Assembly (NCBI GenBank): GCA_964607485.1 | Contig: CAZSKP010000002.1 | Location: 11,907 to 75,906 of the forward strand | Direction: 5' to 3' | Source of the DNA: an uncultured bacterium | GTDB taxonomy: Bacteria; Abyssobacteria; SURF-5 | Length of the DNA: 64,000 bases | Part shown: piece by piece, positions 28,407 through 39,293 of the stretch | Layout: the number at the start of each line of letters is the position of its first letter | Numbering within the stretch: the first letter of the stretch is position 1 | The notes under the pieces: model-generated | Told to the model about the DNA's origin: nothing | Database searches by the model: none | Seen by the model: only the letters and a program-made list of their open reading frames with translations | Program-made: the position numbers and the translations under genes

Positions 28407-29465
28407 GTGGCGGCAAAAATAGATGCATTCCTGAGATTCCTCGTCGACAATGACGGATCGGACCTGATGCTTGCATCCGGCTCAATGCCGATGATGCGAA
28501 TTCACGGCGACCTCATGGCGCTCGATTTTGGGAAGGGCAGCTCGATCCTCACGACGGAACTCACAAGAAGTCTGATATATGAAATACTGTCGGAAGATCA
28601 AATTCGGCAATTCGAGCGGGCGGGCGATCTGGATCTCGCCTATGAAGTGCCCGGCTGCGCACGATTCAGAACCAACGTATACAAGCAGACAAAAGGTCTG
28701 GGCATCGCTTTGCGAAATATCCCCACCCAGATCCGGAGCGTCGAGGAGCTGGGGCTCCCTCCCGGCGTGAAGAAACTCATACGCGCTACCCGCGGTTTCG
28801 TTCTGGTCACGGGTCCCACCGGTTGCGGCAAAACGACGACTTTGGCGGCAATTATCGATGAAATAAACCGCCAGCGCCGCGCTCATATCGTGACGATCGA
28901 AGAGCCGATCGAATTCGTGCACAAATGCCAGAGATCGCTGATCACCCAGCGGGAGGTGGGCCGGCACACGCACAGCTTCAAAAATGCTTTGCGCAGCGCA
29001 GTGCGGATGGATCCCGACATCATACTCGTCGGCGAGATGCGCGACCTCGACACTATTTCAATGGCGCTGACAACGGCCGAGATGGGCGCGCTGGTGTTTG
29101 CGACACTTCACACAACCGACGCGGCAATGACGGTCAATCGAATCATTGACGTGTTTAGTTACGAAGAGCGAAATCGCATAAGGGCCCTTCTCTCGGAGGC
29201 GCTGACCGGCGTGATCGCTCAGCAACTCGTCAAGAGAAGAGACAAAAAGGGGCGCGTGGCCGTGGTGGAATTGTTGATCGGCACGCCGGCCATCTCGAAC
29301 ACGATCAGGGAGGGAAAAATAGAGCAGATGGTCTCACTTATGGAGACCGGCAAGAAATATGGGATGCAGATGATGGACGAACATCTCCTGGACCTCGTCC
29401 AAAACGTCGTTATCGATCCCAAAGACGCTCGAAAATTGGCGGTTAACAAGGCGCGGTTCAGCTAG
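28407..29465 (+). CDS. pilT: Second PilT/PilU-family ATPase
   Basis: GSDL, GPTGCGKTT, IEEPIEF, DPDIILVGEMRD, ATLHT, PAISNTIREGK, GMQMMD. Confidence 0.88.
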   Translation: MAAKIDAFLRFLVDNDGSDLMLASGSMPMMRIHGDLMALDFGKGSSILTTELTRSLIYEILSEDQIRQFERAGDLDLAYEVPGCARFRTNVYKQTKGLGIALRNIPTQIRSVEELGLPPGVKKLIRATRGFVLVTGPTGCGKTTTLAAIIDEINRQRRAHIVTIEEPIEFVHKCQRSLITQREVGRHTHSFKNALRSAVRMDPDIILVGEMRDLDTISMALTTAEMGALVFATLHTTDAAMTVNRIIDVFSYEERNRIRALLSEALTGVIAQQLVKRRDKKGRVAVVELLIGTPAISNTIREGKIEQMVSLMETGKKYGMQMMDEHLLDLVQNVVIDPKDARKLAVNKARFS

Positions 29466-29764
29466 TTTTTGTCAGAAATGCGGATGTCCTCTATATCGGG
29501 CGCGATATTGTACCTCTTCTTCTCAAAACCACCCGAGCTCAACTCCTCCGAGGCATTTTCGAAATCAAAATCTTCCAGCAGCCTGTCAACTTCAGCGACT
29601 TGATCCTTACGAACCGATAGGACCTTCGGATCGACAATATATGAATCCTCTTCGTCGCAGTAGTTTACCACTCTTCCGAGTACAAAGATCTCCTTAATCC
29701 CGCCCGACTGCGAATCGCCACCCAATACCATACGCATTTTCACAAGATCACCCTTCGATATCAT
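29462..29764 (-). CDS. Hypothetical acidic protein
   Basis: 100-aa ORF from MISKGDLVK with GGAGGGGG RBS. Confidence 0.55.
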   Translation of the reverse strand: MISKGDLVKMRMVLGGDSQSGGIKEIFVLGRVVNYCDEEDSYIVDPKVLSVRKDQVAEVDRLLEDFDFENASEELSSGGFEKKRYNIAPDIEDIRISDKN

Positions 29765-29982
29765 ACTTCCCCCTCCTGTACCGTTTGCCCGGTTTTCAGT
29801 TCCAAAGCCCGGATACGAAGCATCCGGCAATAAGACTCAATGCATTGGGTCCCTCGGACATCATCGCGATTAACAAATCGGGACGACCACGGGGACCTTC
29901 GGCAGTCCGTGAAATCTTATTATTATTCCCGCCGAGAACACCGTTTATCCGAACAATTGCGCGCACGCCGCATATCCGGGAA

Positions 29983-30591
29983 TCAAACCTGGTTGGAGGA
30001 TATCTCCTTAGCGATCCCGAAAACGGCTACCATTACCCCCTCTTCGTCCTCTATCGGCGTGATGTTTAGCTCTACCGGAAATCTTTCCTTGTTTTTCGCA
30101 ATTATCTCTACCCTGTATCTTCCCGGGCCTTCCTGACCTGAAATTCTTCTTTCGAGATACTCATTCAACATGTCTCTATATTCCGGAGCGACAATTTTGC
30201 TGAAGTGCTCTCCAACCAGCTCTTCGCGCGTATAACCTATCCGCTTTTGAGCCACCCTGTTTACCAGGGTGAAGTTGCCCTTCTCATCCACCATATACAC
30301 GCCATCCGGCGTCTTATCCCTGACGCCCTCAAGATAATCAAGCTCGGCCATCTGCATTTTCAGTGTCTTGAAGGCGTCCTTTGCCAGCTCCATCAGTCTC
30401 AGACTTCTCCTTCTCAGGGCGTCTTCGTCTTTCACCGCACGGATGTCTATGGGAAATCGCATCAAAAGCTCCAGGGCCACCCTGACAATCCCTGATTCGC
30501 TGAGCCTGCCTCCCCGACTCTTAACATAGTCTACGGTGGACAGCAGATACTCCTCTTGCTCTTCCGATATAGAAAAAGTCCTTTTGAGCAT
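29983..30591 (-). CDS. Putative ribbon-helix-helix + PAS domain protein
   Basis: N-terminal KRTFSIS..EE......LSESGIVRVALE (RHH-like); C-terminal PAS/PAC (PDGVYMVDEKG..VN..GYTREELVG..VELNITP..GIAKEIS). Confidence 0.75.
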   Translation of the reverse strand: MLKRTFSISEEQEEYLLSTVDYVKSRGGRLSESGIVRVALELLMRFPIDIRAVKDEDALRRRSLRLMELAKDAFKTLKMQMAELDYLEGVRDKTPDGVYMVDEKGNFTLVNRVAQKRIGYTREELVGEHFSKIVAPEYRDMLNEYLERRISGQEGPGRYRVEIIAKNKERFPVELNITPIEDEEGVMVAVFGIAKEISSNQV

Positions 30592-30864
30592 TCCCCACAC
30601 CTCCCCGCTCGCCGCACCCGTGGGTGTACGGAACTCGCGCCTCCCTATCCTCCCCATATCCGCATTTATCATCATTGTACCCGAAATATGCGAGTCAGGC
30701 AATAGAATTTATTGCTCCGTTCCATGCGGCAACTACTGTCTTATTGCCAGAGAGCGACCTTACTATCTATGCAGTGGCGCTCGCCTTTTGAAGAATAATG
30801 CATGCTGATACACCCCTGCGCGACGGCGAATGACATGGAATACAAGCGATACTAACGCGTTAGG

Positions 30865-31311
30865 TTGGCTTTGGCTGCTGTTCGCAAGGCGGTTGTCCAG
30901 ATCGATCCGGGCGGCAAGCACATTTCAAACACGACGGCTGGCAAAGACGCGCAGCGAGCGGCCCAACGGATTTGGAGCAGCTTGAAAAACGAATTCAACG
31001 TGACCAGCTACAAGGAGATTTCCGCCCAGGATTCCGACCGCGCGATTCAATGGCTTCAGGCTCAGGTCGCGATGGCAAGACCCAAAATCCGCAGGAAAGC
31101 CCCCGATAAATGGAAGGAGAGTCTATACAAGCCGATCTACGCACGCGCGGGCGAGCTTGGGATTTCCAAAGACGACCTCTATCTGCTGGCGCAAGAGCGG
31201 TTGGCCATCAAGAAACCGATCCGATCCCTGAAGGAACTGACGCAGCGCGATCTTCAGCAGGTTCACTATGTTATGATCTATGAAGTCAAGAAGTCCGGGA
31301 GCAAGCCATGA
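30865..31311 (+). pseudogene. 5'-truncated fragment of an ORF6C-like (phage antirepressor C-terminal-type) domain protein
   Basis: WSSLKNEFNVTSYKEI...AIQWL pattern; no convincing start codon or RBS. Confidence 0.45.
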
Positions 31312-31352
31312 AATCTGGTGGTTCGGCTGGCATTGATAAAGGAGGTATACGC

Positions 31353-32126
31353 ATGGACATGTGGAAGTTCTTTGACATCACGCATCGGGAGCACATTCTC
31401 TGCAATCCGATGAGTCTTGAGAAACTTGAACAGCTTATCACACTTCTGCCTCTGAAACCTGGGGCACGCGTGCTTGATATCGCCACTGGAAAGGGCGAGT
31501 TTCTCATCAGGCTTGCAGAACGGTACCGACAAATGACAGGGACAGGAGTTGATTTCTCTCCCTACTGCATTGCTGATGTCCACAAGAAGCATCAGGAACG
31601 TGTTCCGGATGCCCAACTCCATTTCTTGGAGATGGACGGGGCCAAGTATGTCCCAGAGACCTTAGAGAGCTTTGATCTGGTAGCCTGCATCGGTGCGAGT
31701 TGGATTTATGGCGGGCATCGAGGGACGTTGAACGCGCTGCAGAAGATGGCAGCCCCAGAAAGTTGGATCGTTGTGGGAGAACCGTACTGGCGGCATGAAC
31801 CGGAAAGAGAGTATTTAGAAGCGACCGGAGTGACACGGAACGACTTCGGAACACATTATCAGAATGTAGAGGTCGGGCGAGAGCACGGATTGGAGGCTGT
31901 CTACACACTCGTAAGCAGCCAGGATGACTGGGATAGATATGAGGGGTTACAGTGGTATGCTGCGGAAACCTGGGCGAGTGATCATCGGGATGATCCAGAT
32001 GTGGAGACCGTGCTGAAGCGAGTGCGTGAGAGTAAGACAGCATATCTGAGGTGGGGACGAGAAACGCTGGGGTGGGCGATTTATGCGTTCAAGAAAGGGG
32101 GGCATAGCACATTTCTAGTTGGCTAA
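31353..32126 (+). CDS. Class I SAM-dependent methyltransferase (cassette-borne)
   Basis: AAGGAGG RBS, start MDMWKFF; VLDIATGKG, GVDFS, CIGASW, GEPYW. Confidence 0.9.
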   Translation: MDMWKFFDITHREHILCNPMSLEKLEQLITLLPLKPGARVLDIATGKGEFLIRLAERYRQMTGTGVDFSPYCIADVHKKHQERVPDAQLHFLEMDGAKYVPETLESFDLVACIGASWIYGGHRGTLNALQKMAAPESWIVVGEPYWRHEPEREYLEATGVTRNDFGTHYQNVEVGREHGLEAVYTLVSSQDDWDRYEGLQWYAAETWASDHRDDPDVETVLKRVRESKTAYLRWGRETLGWAIYAFKKGGHSTFLVG

Positions 32127-32182
32127 CGCACATTATTGGGCATACCCATGACGAGCCAGATGAGAAAAGAGGCATCACCGCC

Positions 32183-32250
32183 TCCGAACAAACCGTTCCA
32201 CCGGATCGGCGGGAAAAGGCGCCCGCCTCCCGGTGAACTTCACGTTGTCA
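32183..32250 (+). mobile_element. Integron attC-like recombination site
   Basis: R'' TCCGAAC, L'' GTTCCACCGG / L' CCGGTGAAC with one unpaired C, GGCGGG/CCCGCC stem, R' GTTGTCA; 68 bp; complementary GTTCGG at 31321. Confidence 0.7.
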
Positions 32251-32395
32251 GGCAGAGGGATGAAATCCAGGTCAACACCGCTTCCGGCCTGCCGGAACGG
32301 CAAGCCCTGAGCAACGTCGAAGGACGCATCGAAGGGCCCTCCGGGATTCCGAGGCCTCTGCGTCGGCCAGGTCGCTGGTTCTTCTTTGCGCGCGG

Positions 32396-33304
32396 CTACC
32401 GGTTGCAGACGGTTTCGAACGAGGCCTGCTCGAACTGGGCGATGATCTTGTCGAGAACCTCATCGGGCTGGAGCCCCATATCTCGGTACGATGAGCCCCT
32501 GCCTATCTTTTCCCACTTCGTCTTTGCCATCCGGTTGTAGGGCATCAGGTGCACGGGGCCCGCATATCCGGCGCGCTTGAGGCAGGCGACGATGCCCTCT
32601 ATTGAATCGGCGTCGTCGTTGAATCCGGGAATCACCGGCACCCGCGGGACAATGCGCGCGTTCCCCGCGCGCGAAAGGATGGAGGAGAAATTGCCCAGTA
32701 TCTTTTCGTTTGAGACGCCGGTGAGCTTCTTGTGGATGTCGGGGTCGGCGTGCTTGATGTCGTACAGGAAGAGGTCAACCAATTCCAGGAGGTCATCCAC
32801 GAGGTCCCGGTCGAAATACCCGCAGGTCTCGAGGGCGGTGTGAAGGCCGCGCCCCTTGACCGCGCGCAGAAGCTCGAACAGGAATTCGGCCTGGAACGTC
32901 GGCTCGCCGCCCGAGACCGTGACCCCGCCGCCGGAGGATTCGTAGAACGTCGTGTCGCGCGAAACCCGTTCCGCAACTTCGTCGGCCGACAGCTCCGCGC
33001 CGATCTTTTCCATGGCGCGGTTGGGGCAGGCGGCTGCGCATTCGCCGCAGGTGGTGCACGCCTTGTGGTCTCTGACGACGCCGTGCTCGGTCAGCCGGAG
33101 CGCATCCGACGGGCATGCCTCCGCGCACGCGCCGCAGCCGGCGCAGCGTTCCGCGAAGTAGGACATCTCCGGGTTCGGCTTCTGCGATTCCGGATTGTGG
33201 CACCACTCGCACCGCAGCGGGCAGCCTTTCAGGAACACGCATGTCCGGATGCCCGGGCCGTCGTATATCGCGTAGTAATGGATATCGAAAACGATGCCGC
33301 TCAC
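32396..33304 (-). CDS. Glycyl-radical enzyme activating enzyme (radical SAM with ferredoxin insert)
   Basis: [20 protein letters not shown], two CxxCxxCxxxCP clusters, [13 protein letters not shown] start at 33304. Confidence 0.93.
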   Translation of the reverse strand: MSGIVFDIHYYAIYDGPGIRTCVFLKGCPLRCEWCHNPESQKPNPEMSYFAERCAGCGACAEACPSDALRLTEHGVVRDHKACTTCGECAAACPNRAMEKIGAELSADEVAERVSRDTTFYESSGGGVTVSGGEPTFQAEFLFELLRAVKGRGLHTALETCGYFDRDLVDDLLELVDLFLYDIKHADPDIHKKLTGVSNEKILGNFSSILSRAGNARIVPRVPVIPGFNDDADSIEGIVACLKRAGYAGPVHLMPYNRMAKTKWEKIGRGSSYRDMGLQPDEVLDKIIAQFEQASFETVCNR

Positions 33305-33312
33305 GGGATGGA

Positions 33313-35892
33313 TCAGACTCCGACGTGTTCGGACCGCGAGATGATCTCGTTCTGAATCTCGCACCCCAGGTCCACGAAATAGGTGCTGTAGCCGCCGACC
33401 TTGACGATGAGGCTTCGATAGCTCTCGGGGTCCTTCTGCGCGGCGCGCAGCATCTCGGTCGAGGCGACGGTCGGCTGTATCTGCATGCCCCCCATATTGA
33501 AATAGGTCTTGACCAGCGCGACCCATTTCTTCCGGGACTCCCTGCTCCGACCGATCGCCGAGGGATGCAGTCGGATGTTCACGGCGCACCCGAAGATGTG
33601 CTTGAACTCGAGCGCGGCGACCGACCTGAGCACGCCCGTGGGCCCGCATTTGTCCACGTTGTACGGGTTGCAGCTTGCGGCATAGGGCATGGCGGCCTTA
33701 CGGCCATCGGGCGTCGCGATGGATATCCGGCCGTCATACGTGTGCGTGGTCATGCTGTTGACGAAAGGCACGAACGGCCCGTTCTTGAAGCTCCGGTGTT
33801 TGTAGGTCTCCTCGAACAGCCGTGTGCTCACCTGCCGCGCCAGCTCGTCCGATTCGGGGTTCCCGTTGCCCCACTTGCCGTCCACTTCCGCGATCATCCG
33901 ATAGACATGCTCGTATCCCACGAAGTTGTGGTCGATCGCCTCGAGCAGTTCCTTGAACGTCAAGCGCCGCTGCTCGAACACGAGCTTCTTGATCACGTAG
34001 AGCGAGTCCACCACGTTGGCGATGCTGTTCATGAACAGGATGCCGGACAGGTCATAGACGGCGCCGCCGCGGGTCACATCCTTTTTCTTCTCGAGGCATC
34101 CCTGCATGAATGCCGAGATGAACGGAGCGGGCAGCTCGTCGGCGAAAATGCGGTCGCGCAGGTTGGACGAATCGACAATCGTCTTGATCATGTTGGCCGC
34201 CTGCGCGATGAAGGCGTCCACTAGTTGCTCGAACGAAGCGAACGAGTCGGGGGCACCCGTCTTGACGCCGACGTTTTTGACGGCGCCGATGAGCGTCTGC
34301 GAGTCTCCGTTGCGGAGCGCCATGTCGAGCACGCGGCTGAGCAGGATGGCGGCGAAGCCTATCCCGCCGGTCTTCCCCGGCGCGAGCAGGTCGACGCATC
34401 CCGTGATCGCGCTGTCGCGCGCGTCCTCTTCCGTGAAGCCGCGCCGCTTCATCGCCTCGATGCAAATCTCATCGTTCATGAGCGAGACGCTTGAGGTGCC
34501 GTGATAGAGCACGTCCGCCACGGCCAGGTAGAGGTCCTCGGGCGTGTCCTTGTGGAATCGCACGACGACATTGACCGCGCTCTTCGAGCGTCCCGCGGCC
34601 TCGATCAGCACGTAGGTCAGCTCGTTCGTTGCGTCCCTGCCGTCGCGCGTGAGGCCCCCGAGGGTCACCGGCGCGGACCCCTCGTAGCGCTGGTAGAACG
34701 TGCCGATGAAATTCGATTCCGGGCGGATGTTGTGCGTCATGATCTTGAGCAGCAGTTCCTCGAGCAGCTCGCGCGCCTCGTCCCTCGTGATCTCGCCCCG
34801 CTCGACGTCCCGCTTGTAGTAGGGATAGAACATGACGTCGAGTCGGCCGGCGGAATGGACATTCGTGATGTTTGCAAGCTCGGTCGCGCTCGTGACGGTC
34901 CAGAACGACTGAACGGCCTCGCGGAAGCTCTCCGCCGGATAGAGGGGAACTCTCCGGCAGGCATCGAGCATGCGCGCGAGCACCGCCTTCCTGTCGAGGT
35001 CCGTCTCCGCGTCACGTCGTTCCTCAAGCTTTTCAGCCAGCCGTCTCGCAAAGATGATGACGCCTTCGAGGGCAATTTCAATCGACTGGAGAAAATCGCG
35101 CTCGTCCGCGGTCAATCCCTTGTCATTCGCAATTTTTTGCTGCACTTCCTCCTTCATCGCCAGCAGCCCGCGCCGCATCGCCTGCTCGTGGTCGAGAACG
35201 AGATGGCCCTGGTAGGTGCCGGTGACGGCGCCGGTGGATACGAACGTGTACATCTTCGAGGTAGTCGCCGGAAGGGCCGCGGCGAACTCGCGCATATCGC
35301 CCGCGAACAAGCCGGACCGTTTCGTCTCATCCCAGACACGCTCGGCCATGGTGCGGCCTTTCCAGTACGGCAAGAGCTCTTTCTGCAGGAATTTCTTGTC
35401 TTCGGGGTCGATGGTAAACGGATTAATCTCCCGTTCCTCCATCGTCTTGAGCCCGATCTTCGGCATCGCGGCCCCCACCGCTTTCGTGTTCTTCAGGTTG
35501 CGGTATAGCGCGAGCGGACCGTACCGCTTCACCATGTAGGACAGGAATCGAGCGTTCGACTTGAGTTGGTAGGCGGCCATCGAGCGCTTGTCCAGCTCGG
35601 TTTGCAGGACGCCGTTAAACAGCCCGCGCTCGATGTCGATCGGGATGCCGAGGAAATATTCGGTCCACTTGCCGGCGATTCGGTCGTCGGGGTCGACGCA
35701 GTGGGTCATGTTCTCAAACACGTGCTTCATCGCCAGCGCGACGCGGACGCCGGGCGAGAGGCCCGAGCCTTCGGTCTCGCGCCATTTCTCGGTGTAATAC
35801 CTGGCCCGCTCGACCGACACCCACACGATCTCGTCCAGGTATCTCTTCCGGAGCCTCTTGATTCGTTCGCCGGCTTCGTCTCGCATTCGCAT
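33313..35892 (-). CDS. Glycyl radical enzyme (PFL2/diol dehydratase-like superfamily, atypical motifs)
   Basis: Cys loop TGCVDL, Gly loop [25 protein letters not shown]; adjacent activase. Confidence 0.92.
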   Translation of the reverse strand: MRMRDEAGERIKRLRKRYLDEIVWVSVERARYYTEKWRETEGSGLSPGVRVALAMKHVFENMTHCVDPDDRIAGKWTEYFLGIPIDIERGLFNGVLQTELDKRSMAAYQLKSNARFLSYMVKRYGPLALYRNLKNTKAVGAAMPKIGLKTMEEREINPFTIDPEDKKFLQKELLPYWKGRTMAERVWDETKRSGLFAGDMREFAAALPATTSKMYTFVSTGAVTGTYQGHLVLDHEQAMRRGLLAMKEEVQQKIANDKGLTADERDFLQSIEIALEGVIIFARRLAEKLEERRDAETDLDRKAVLARMLDACRRVPLYPAESFREAVQSFWTVTSATELANITNVHSAGRLDVMFYPYYKRDVERGEITRDEARELLEELLLKIMTHNIRPESNFIGTFYQRYEGSAPVTLGGLTRDGRDATNELTYVLIEAAGRSKSAVNVVVRFHKDTPEDLYLAVADVLYHGTSSVSLMNDEICIEAMKRRGFTEEDARDSAITGCVDLLAPGKTGGIGFAAILLSRVLDMALRNGDSQTLIGAVKNVGVKTGAPDSFASFEQLVDAFIAQAANMIKTIVDSSNLRDRIFADELPAPFISAFMQGCLEKKKDVTRGGAVYDLSGILFMNSIANVVDSLYVIKKLVFEQRRLTFKELLEAIDHNFVGYEHVYRMIAEVDGKWGNGNPESDELARQVSTRLFEETYKHRSFKNGPFVPFVNSMTTHTYDGRISIATPDGRKAAMPYAASCNPYNVDKCGPTGVLRSVAALEFKHIFGCAVNIRLHPSAIGRSRESRKKWVALVKTYFNMGGMQIQPTVASTEMLRAAQKDPESYRSLIVKVGGYSTYFVDLGCEIQNEIISRSEHVGV

Positions 35893-36062
35893 CTCGCATT
35901 CCCCCTTTTGTCAAGGGCGAAAACGCTACTTCCCGAAGAGAATAACAGTTCTCATTCCGTTGCAGTACGGACAGTTCGCGAACCGCCCGTATACCTTCCC
36001 TTGTACTGACCTGCGCAAATTCGTGTCACTTCGTCCCGCGCGCACATCCCCCTATTGCCGTC

Positions 36063-38492
36063 TCAGCCGTGTCCATATATCTTCCGGGCCACAGGATTGA
36101 ATGCCCCCAGTCCAATCAGATAAATCAATACGGCAATGGATAGCGACAGCGTGAATCCCCATTCCATGCTCACGAGCACACAGGTAAGAGATCCCAACGT
36201 CGTGGTAACTGCATTGATCCCCCAGGCCCAGGGAATTATCGTTTCGTCCACAAGCTGTGTCACGCGCAATCCGATCGGAAAAGGCATACCCATCAACATG
36301 GCCAGCGGCGCCAGAGCCAGTATGACCACCCCACAGCGAGCCGTTTGCGAGAGGAACATCAACTTTGGGATACAGAAGTTTATGAGCATCATTTCGCCGA
36401 CGATGGCCGCAACCAAAGCGAGAATCACCAGTATCAGAGAACTGGCGCTCGGTCGAGCCAATCGTTTGGAGAGCAGGCTTCCCACGCCGGAAAAAGCCAA
36501 GAGTGCCGACAACGTGACTGCCATCGAATATACGGGTCCGCCAACGAATACGGTATACTTCTGCAGAAGCACGATCTCCACCGTTATGAAGCCCAAACCC
36601 AATGCTCCGAAGTAAACGAATATTCGTCCCTTGTGGGGCACCTCGCGCAATTTGTCCCTTCGTGTCATCAAGGGCCCGATAACAAACACAGCGGCCAGTA
36701 TCAAGATCTGCACGAGACTTACAAGAAGCACTGCCAAGGCCAGAGGAATATGCTCCAGTCCATACCCTCCATGGCTTGCGGATGGATGAAAGAGCTGCTT
36801 CCAGCGATAGAAGCGAAAGAAAAATGGATTGTCATCGCTGCACGGGCGGATGTCGTAGAGGTAATCATCGATAAAAGCAGCGCGCTGGTTTATTGGGCTG
36901 CGAATAAGGCTGTTAAAAGCGTTGACTTGTTCCTGGTACGGGTCATAGAGAATATCAAAGCCCATATAACGAGCCCATCCACGAAGGGTCTTCACCTCCG
37001 AGATGGTAAATGGGACCTTCTTCAGAAGTGTCTCACCATAGCGAGTCTCAACTCCTTCAATCTCCTGAGTGGCAAATACCATAATTTGCCGCGAGGGATC
37101 CTCGATTCCTTCGCGTCGGAGAGCTTCTATTTGAGTCGACGCCAGCCGAAGCGTTTCCCTTGGCGGATCGAATACCCACCGATGTATTGCAAGAATGCCA
37201 TCATCCGTAAGATGCTGCCAGTAGTCCCGCATCGCTGCTGTCGTATAGAGGTAGTTCTCCGTTAATACATAGGCGCCCGACGATAGCGCTGTGTATGTGT
37301 CCACACCGGTTAACTGGATAACGTCAAACTTCTCCTCGGAGGCGGTGAGGTAATGCCTGCCCTCCACGTTTACCAGTCGTACGTCGGGTCGATGAAAGAA
37401 GAATCCATTGAAATCGGCATATCGATTCTTAATGACGTCTACTGTCACAGGATTAATCTCGACTCCCACGACTTGTCTCGCTCCGTAGTAAATCGCCGTC
37501 AACACATCCAGACCTCCGCCCACGCCGATCACCAGCGTCTGAGCGGGATTTGCCTTTACTACAAATGGAGCCACCCTCAAATCGTAAGCCAGTATCGGCA
37601 AGGATTTCACCTCACCGTTGGGGATTCTGTACATGTGAGTAGGAGCGCCGCCGTCCTGAAAAATCATGCGTGTGAACGGAAGATAGCCCGCATAATTGCG
37701 TGAGAGCATCATCTCCCATGACAAAGACAACTCCATAGGGTTCCCGACATCAATACGCGCAACCGTGTGCCAACGATAATAGTGCGGCTCCATCGCGGTT
37801 CGAAACATCTTCCCTGGGGGAGAGTAAACAGGAAAGATTTCATTCTTGGACGCCAACAGCGTCAGCAACGTGGCCAATCCCAGCGTGAGCATCGCCGCGT
37901 TCTTCAGCCTGCGACTATCTGTCTTCAACGCGTGAATCACCGCAACCAGCCCGGCCACGGCAGCGGCACCATAGATTGTTGCCTCGGCGCCCAGATAATT
38001 GACCCCCAAAATCGAAAGCAGGGCGCCTGCTCCCGCGCCCAGCAGGTCCGCGAAGTAAAACCTATTAATGGCCTCTCCGGCTCTGGAAATGAGATAACCG
38101 ATGCAGGTTCCCGCGAAGAAAAACTGGGCTCCGATGACTATGTAAAGCAAAAGCAGGCTATATACATTGCTGTAGTCACCGTATGTGTATGCGTCCATTG
38201 GATAGAAACGCACCTTCGTGGCCGTGAAAAAACCGATTACTATCGCCAAACTGAATGCCAGCGCAAAGCATCCGACCACTCGATTGTCAATCTCTTTGCC
38301 TGTAAAGCGCGGCGAAACGGTCAGATAGCTGCCGGCTGCCCCAAAACCCAGCAAGGCCAGACTGATAATGAGATAGGCAAAATGGTACCAACTCATAAAG
38401 GAGAACACTCGCGTGAGAGCGACTTCGACGACCAGAACGCTCATTGCCAAAAGGAACAATGCTACTGACGCCCTGCCGGAATCACGCATCAT
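36063..38492 (-). CDS. Polytopic membrane protein with spermidine synthase-like SAM-binding domain
   Basis: N- and C-terminal TM bundles; LVIGVGGGLD, GVEINP, EGRHYL, FDVIQ, ENYLYT, DDNPFF, WAWGIN; start MMRDSG. Confidence 0.85.
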   Translation of the reverse strand: MMRDSGRASVALFLLAMSVLVVEVALTRVFSFMSWYHFAYLIISLALLGFGAAGSYLTVSPRFTGKEIDNRVVGCFALAFSLAIVIGFFTATKVRFYPMDAYTYGDYSNVYSLLLLYIVIGAQFFFAGTCIGYLISRAGEAINRFYFADLLGAGAGALLSILGVNYLGAEATIYGAAAVAGLVAVIHALKTDSRRLKNAAMLTLGLATLLTLLASKNEIFPVYSPPGKMFRTAMEPHYYRWHTVARIDVGNPMELSLSWEMMLSRNYAGYLPFTRMIFQDGGAPTHMYRIPNGEVKSLPILAYDLRVAPFVVKANPAQTLVIGVGGGLDVLTAIYYGARQVVGVEINPVTVDVIKNRYADFNGFFFHRPDVRLVNVEGRHYLTASEEKFDVIQLTGVDTYTALSSGAYVLTENYLYTTAAMRDYWQHLTDDGILAIHRWVFDPPRETLRLASTQIEALRREGIEDPSRQIMVFATQEIEGVETRYGETLLKKVPFTISEVKTLRGWARYMGFDILYDPYQEQVNAFNSLIRSPINQRAAFIDDYLYDIRPCSDDNPFFFRFYRWKQLFHPSASHGGYGLEHIPLALAVLLVSLVQILILAAVFVIGPLMTRRDKLREVPHKGRIFVYFGALGLGFITVEIVLLQKYTVFVGGPVYSMAVTLSALLAFSGVGSLLSKRLARPSASSLILVILALVAAIVGEMMLINFCIPKLMFLSQTARCGVVILALAPLAMLMGMPFPIGLRVTQLVDETIIPWAWGINAVTTTLGSLTCVLVSMEWGFTLSLSIAVLIYLIGLGAFNPVARKIYGHG

Positions 38493-39293
38493 CACAATCT
38501 CCACTCGATAACCGATACGTCTTATGGTGGCAAAGATGTCCCTTGTAAGGTCCCATGCTATCCGACCCGAGTAGATAAAGCAAACCAAGACACGACAAAC
38601 GAGGCATGTATGTCTTCAGACTGTTCGGGACACTTTGCTATCGGAATTGGGTTACAGGATCGGCTTGCTTTGCAGTATCGTATAGCATCCCCTCTTTGTT
38701 TGTCAACCACCGGGTAAACTCCGTTTGACACTTCCTTGTTTATAAATATATAATTAAGTTCATTTATAGTCATATCGCAATCAGCATGCCCGCATGAGAA
38801 GAGAAAGCAATGAGAAAATCACTTGCAGCGGTTCTTCTGGTTGCGGCGCTTCCATAGAAACGGCGATTCAAGAGCGTCGCGGTCGGTCTTCACCCCATAA
38901 ACTGCTCCGTATATAATGATAGAAACTTGGGCCAGTGGTCGCTGAGGAAGGAGCAGTGACCAGTATTGTGCTGAGATCTGTAGCGTCAGGAATATCAAGG
39001 CCTTGTGCTCGGTTTGGATAAACAATGAGGACCTTTCCTCACCCTCCATGCGACCCTTTGGCTGGGCGTTTATCTCCAGAGCTCCGAGCCTGCGAGGTGG
39101 TAAGAATAGGTACGAAAATCGTCCAAGAAGGGGAGCCACCAGACTATATTGCTAAAGGTAACGTCTATCTCTTGCTGAAACCGCACGGGAAGACACTTGA
39201 ATTAGGTGGGAGCATCTTTTGGTTAGCGGGGCGCCTCGGCGTGCGGGTTTCGTCTGAAAATCACACTTATCTGAATGACAAAGAGATATTTGT

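Noticed and set aside
26956-32250. tRNA-anchored integrative island or prophage
   Set aside because: No integrase was found and I saw no duplicated tRNA 3' end (attR) in the window
33313-35892. Calling the GRE pyruvate formate-lyase (pflB)
   Set aside because: It lacks the adjacent Cys-Cys pair of true PFL
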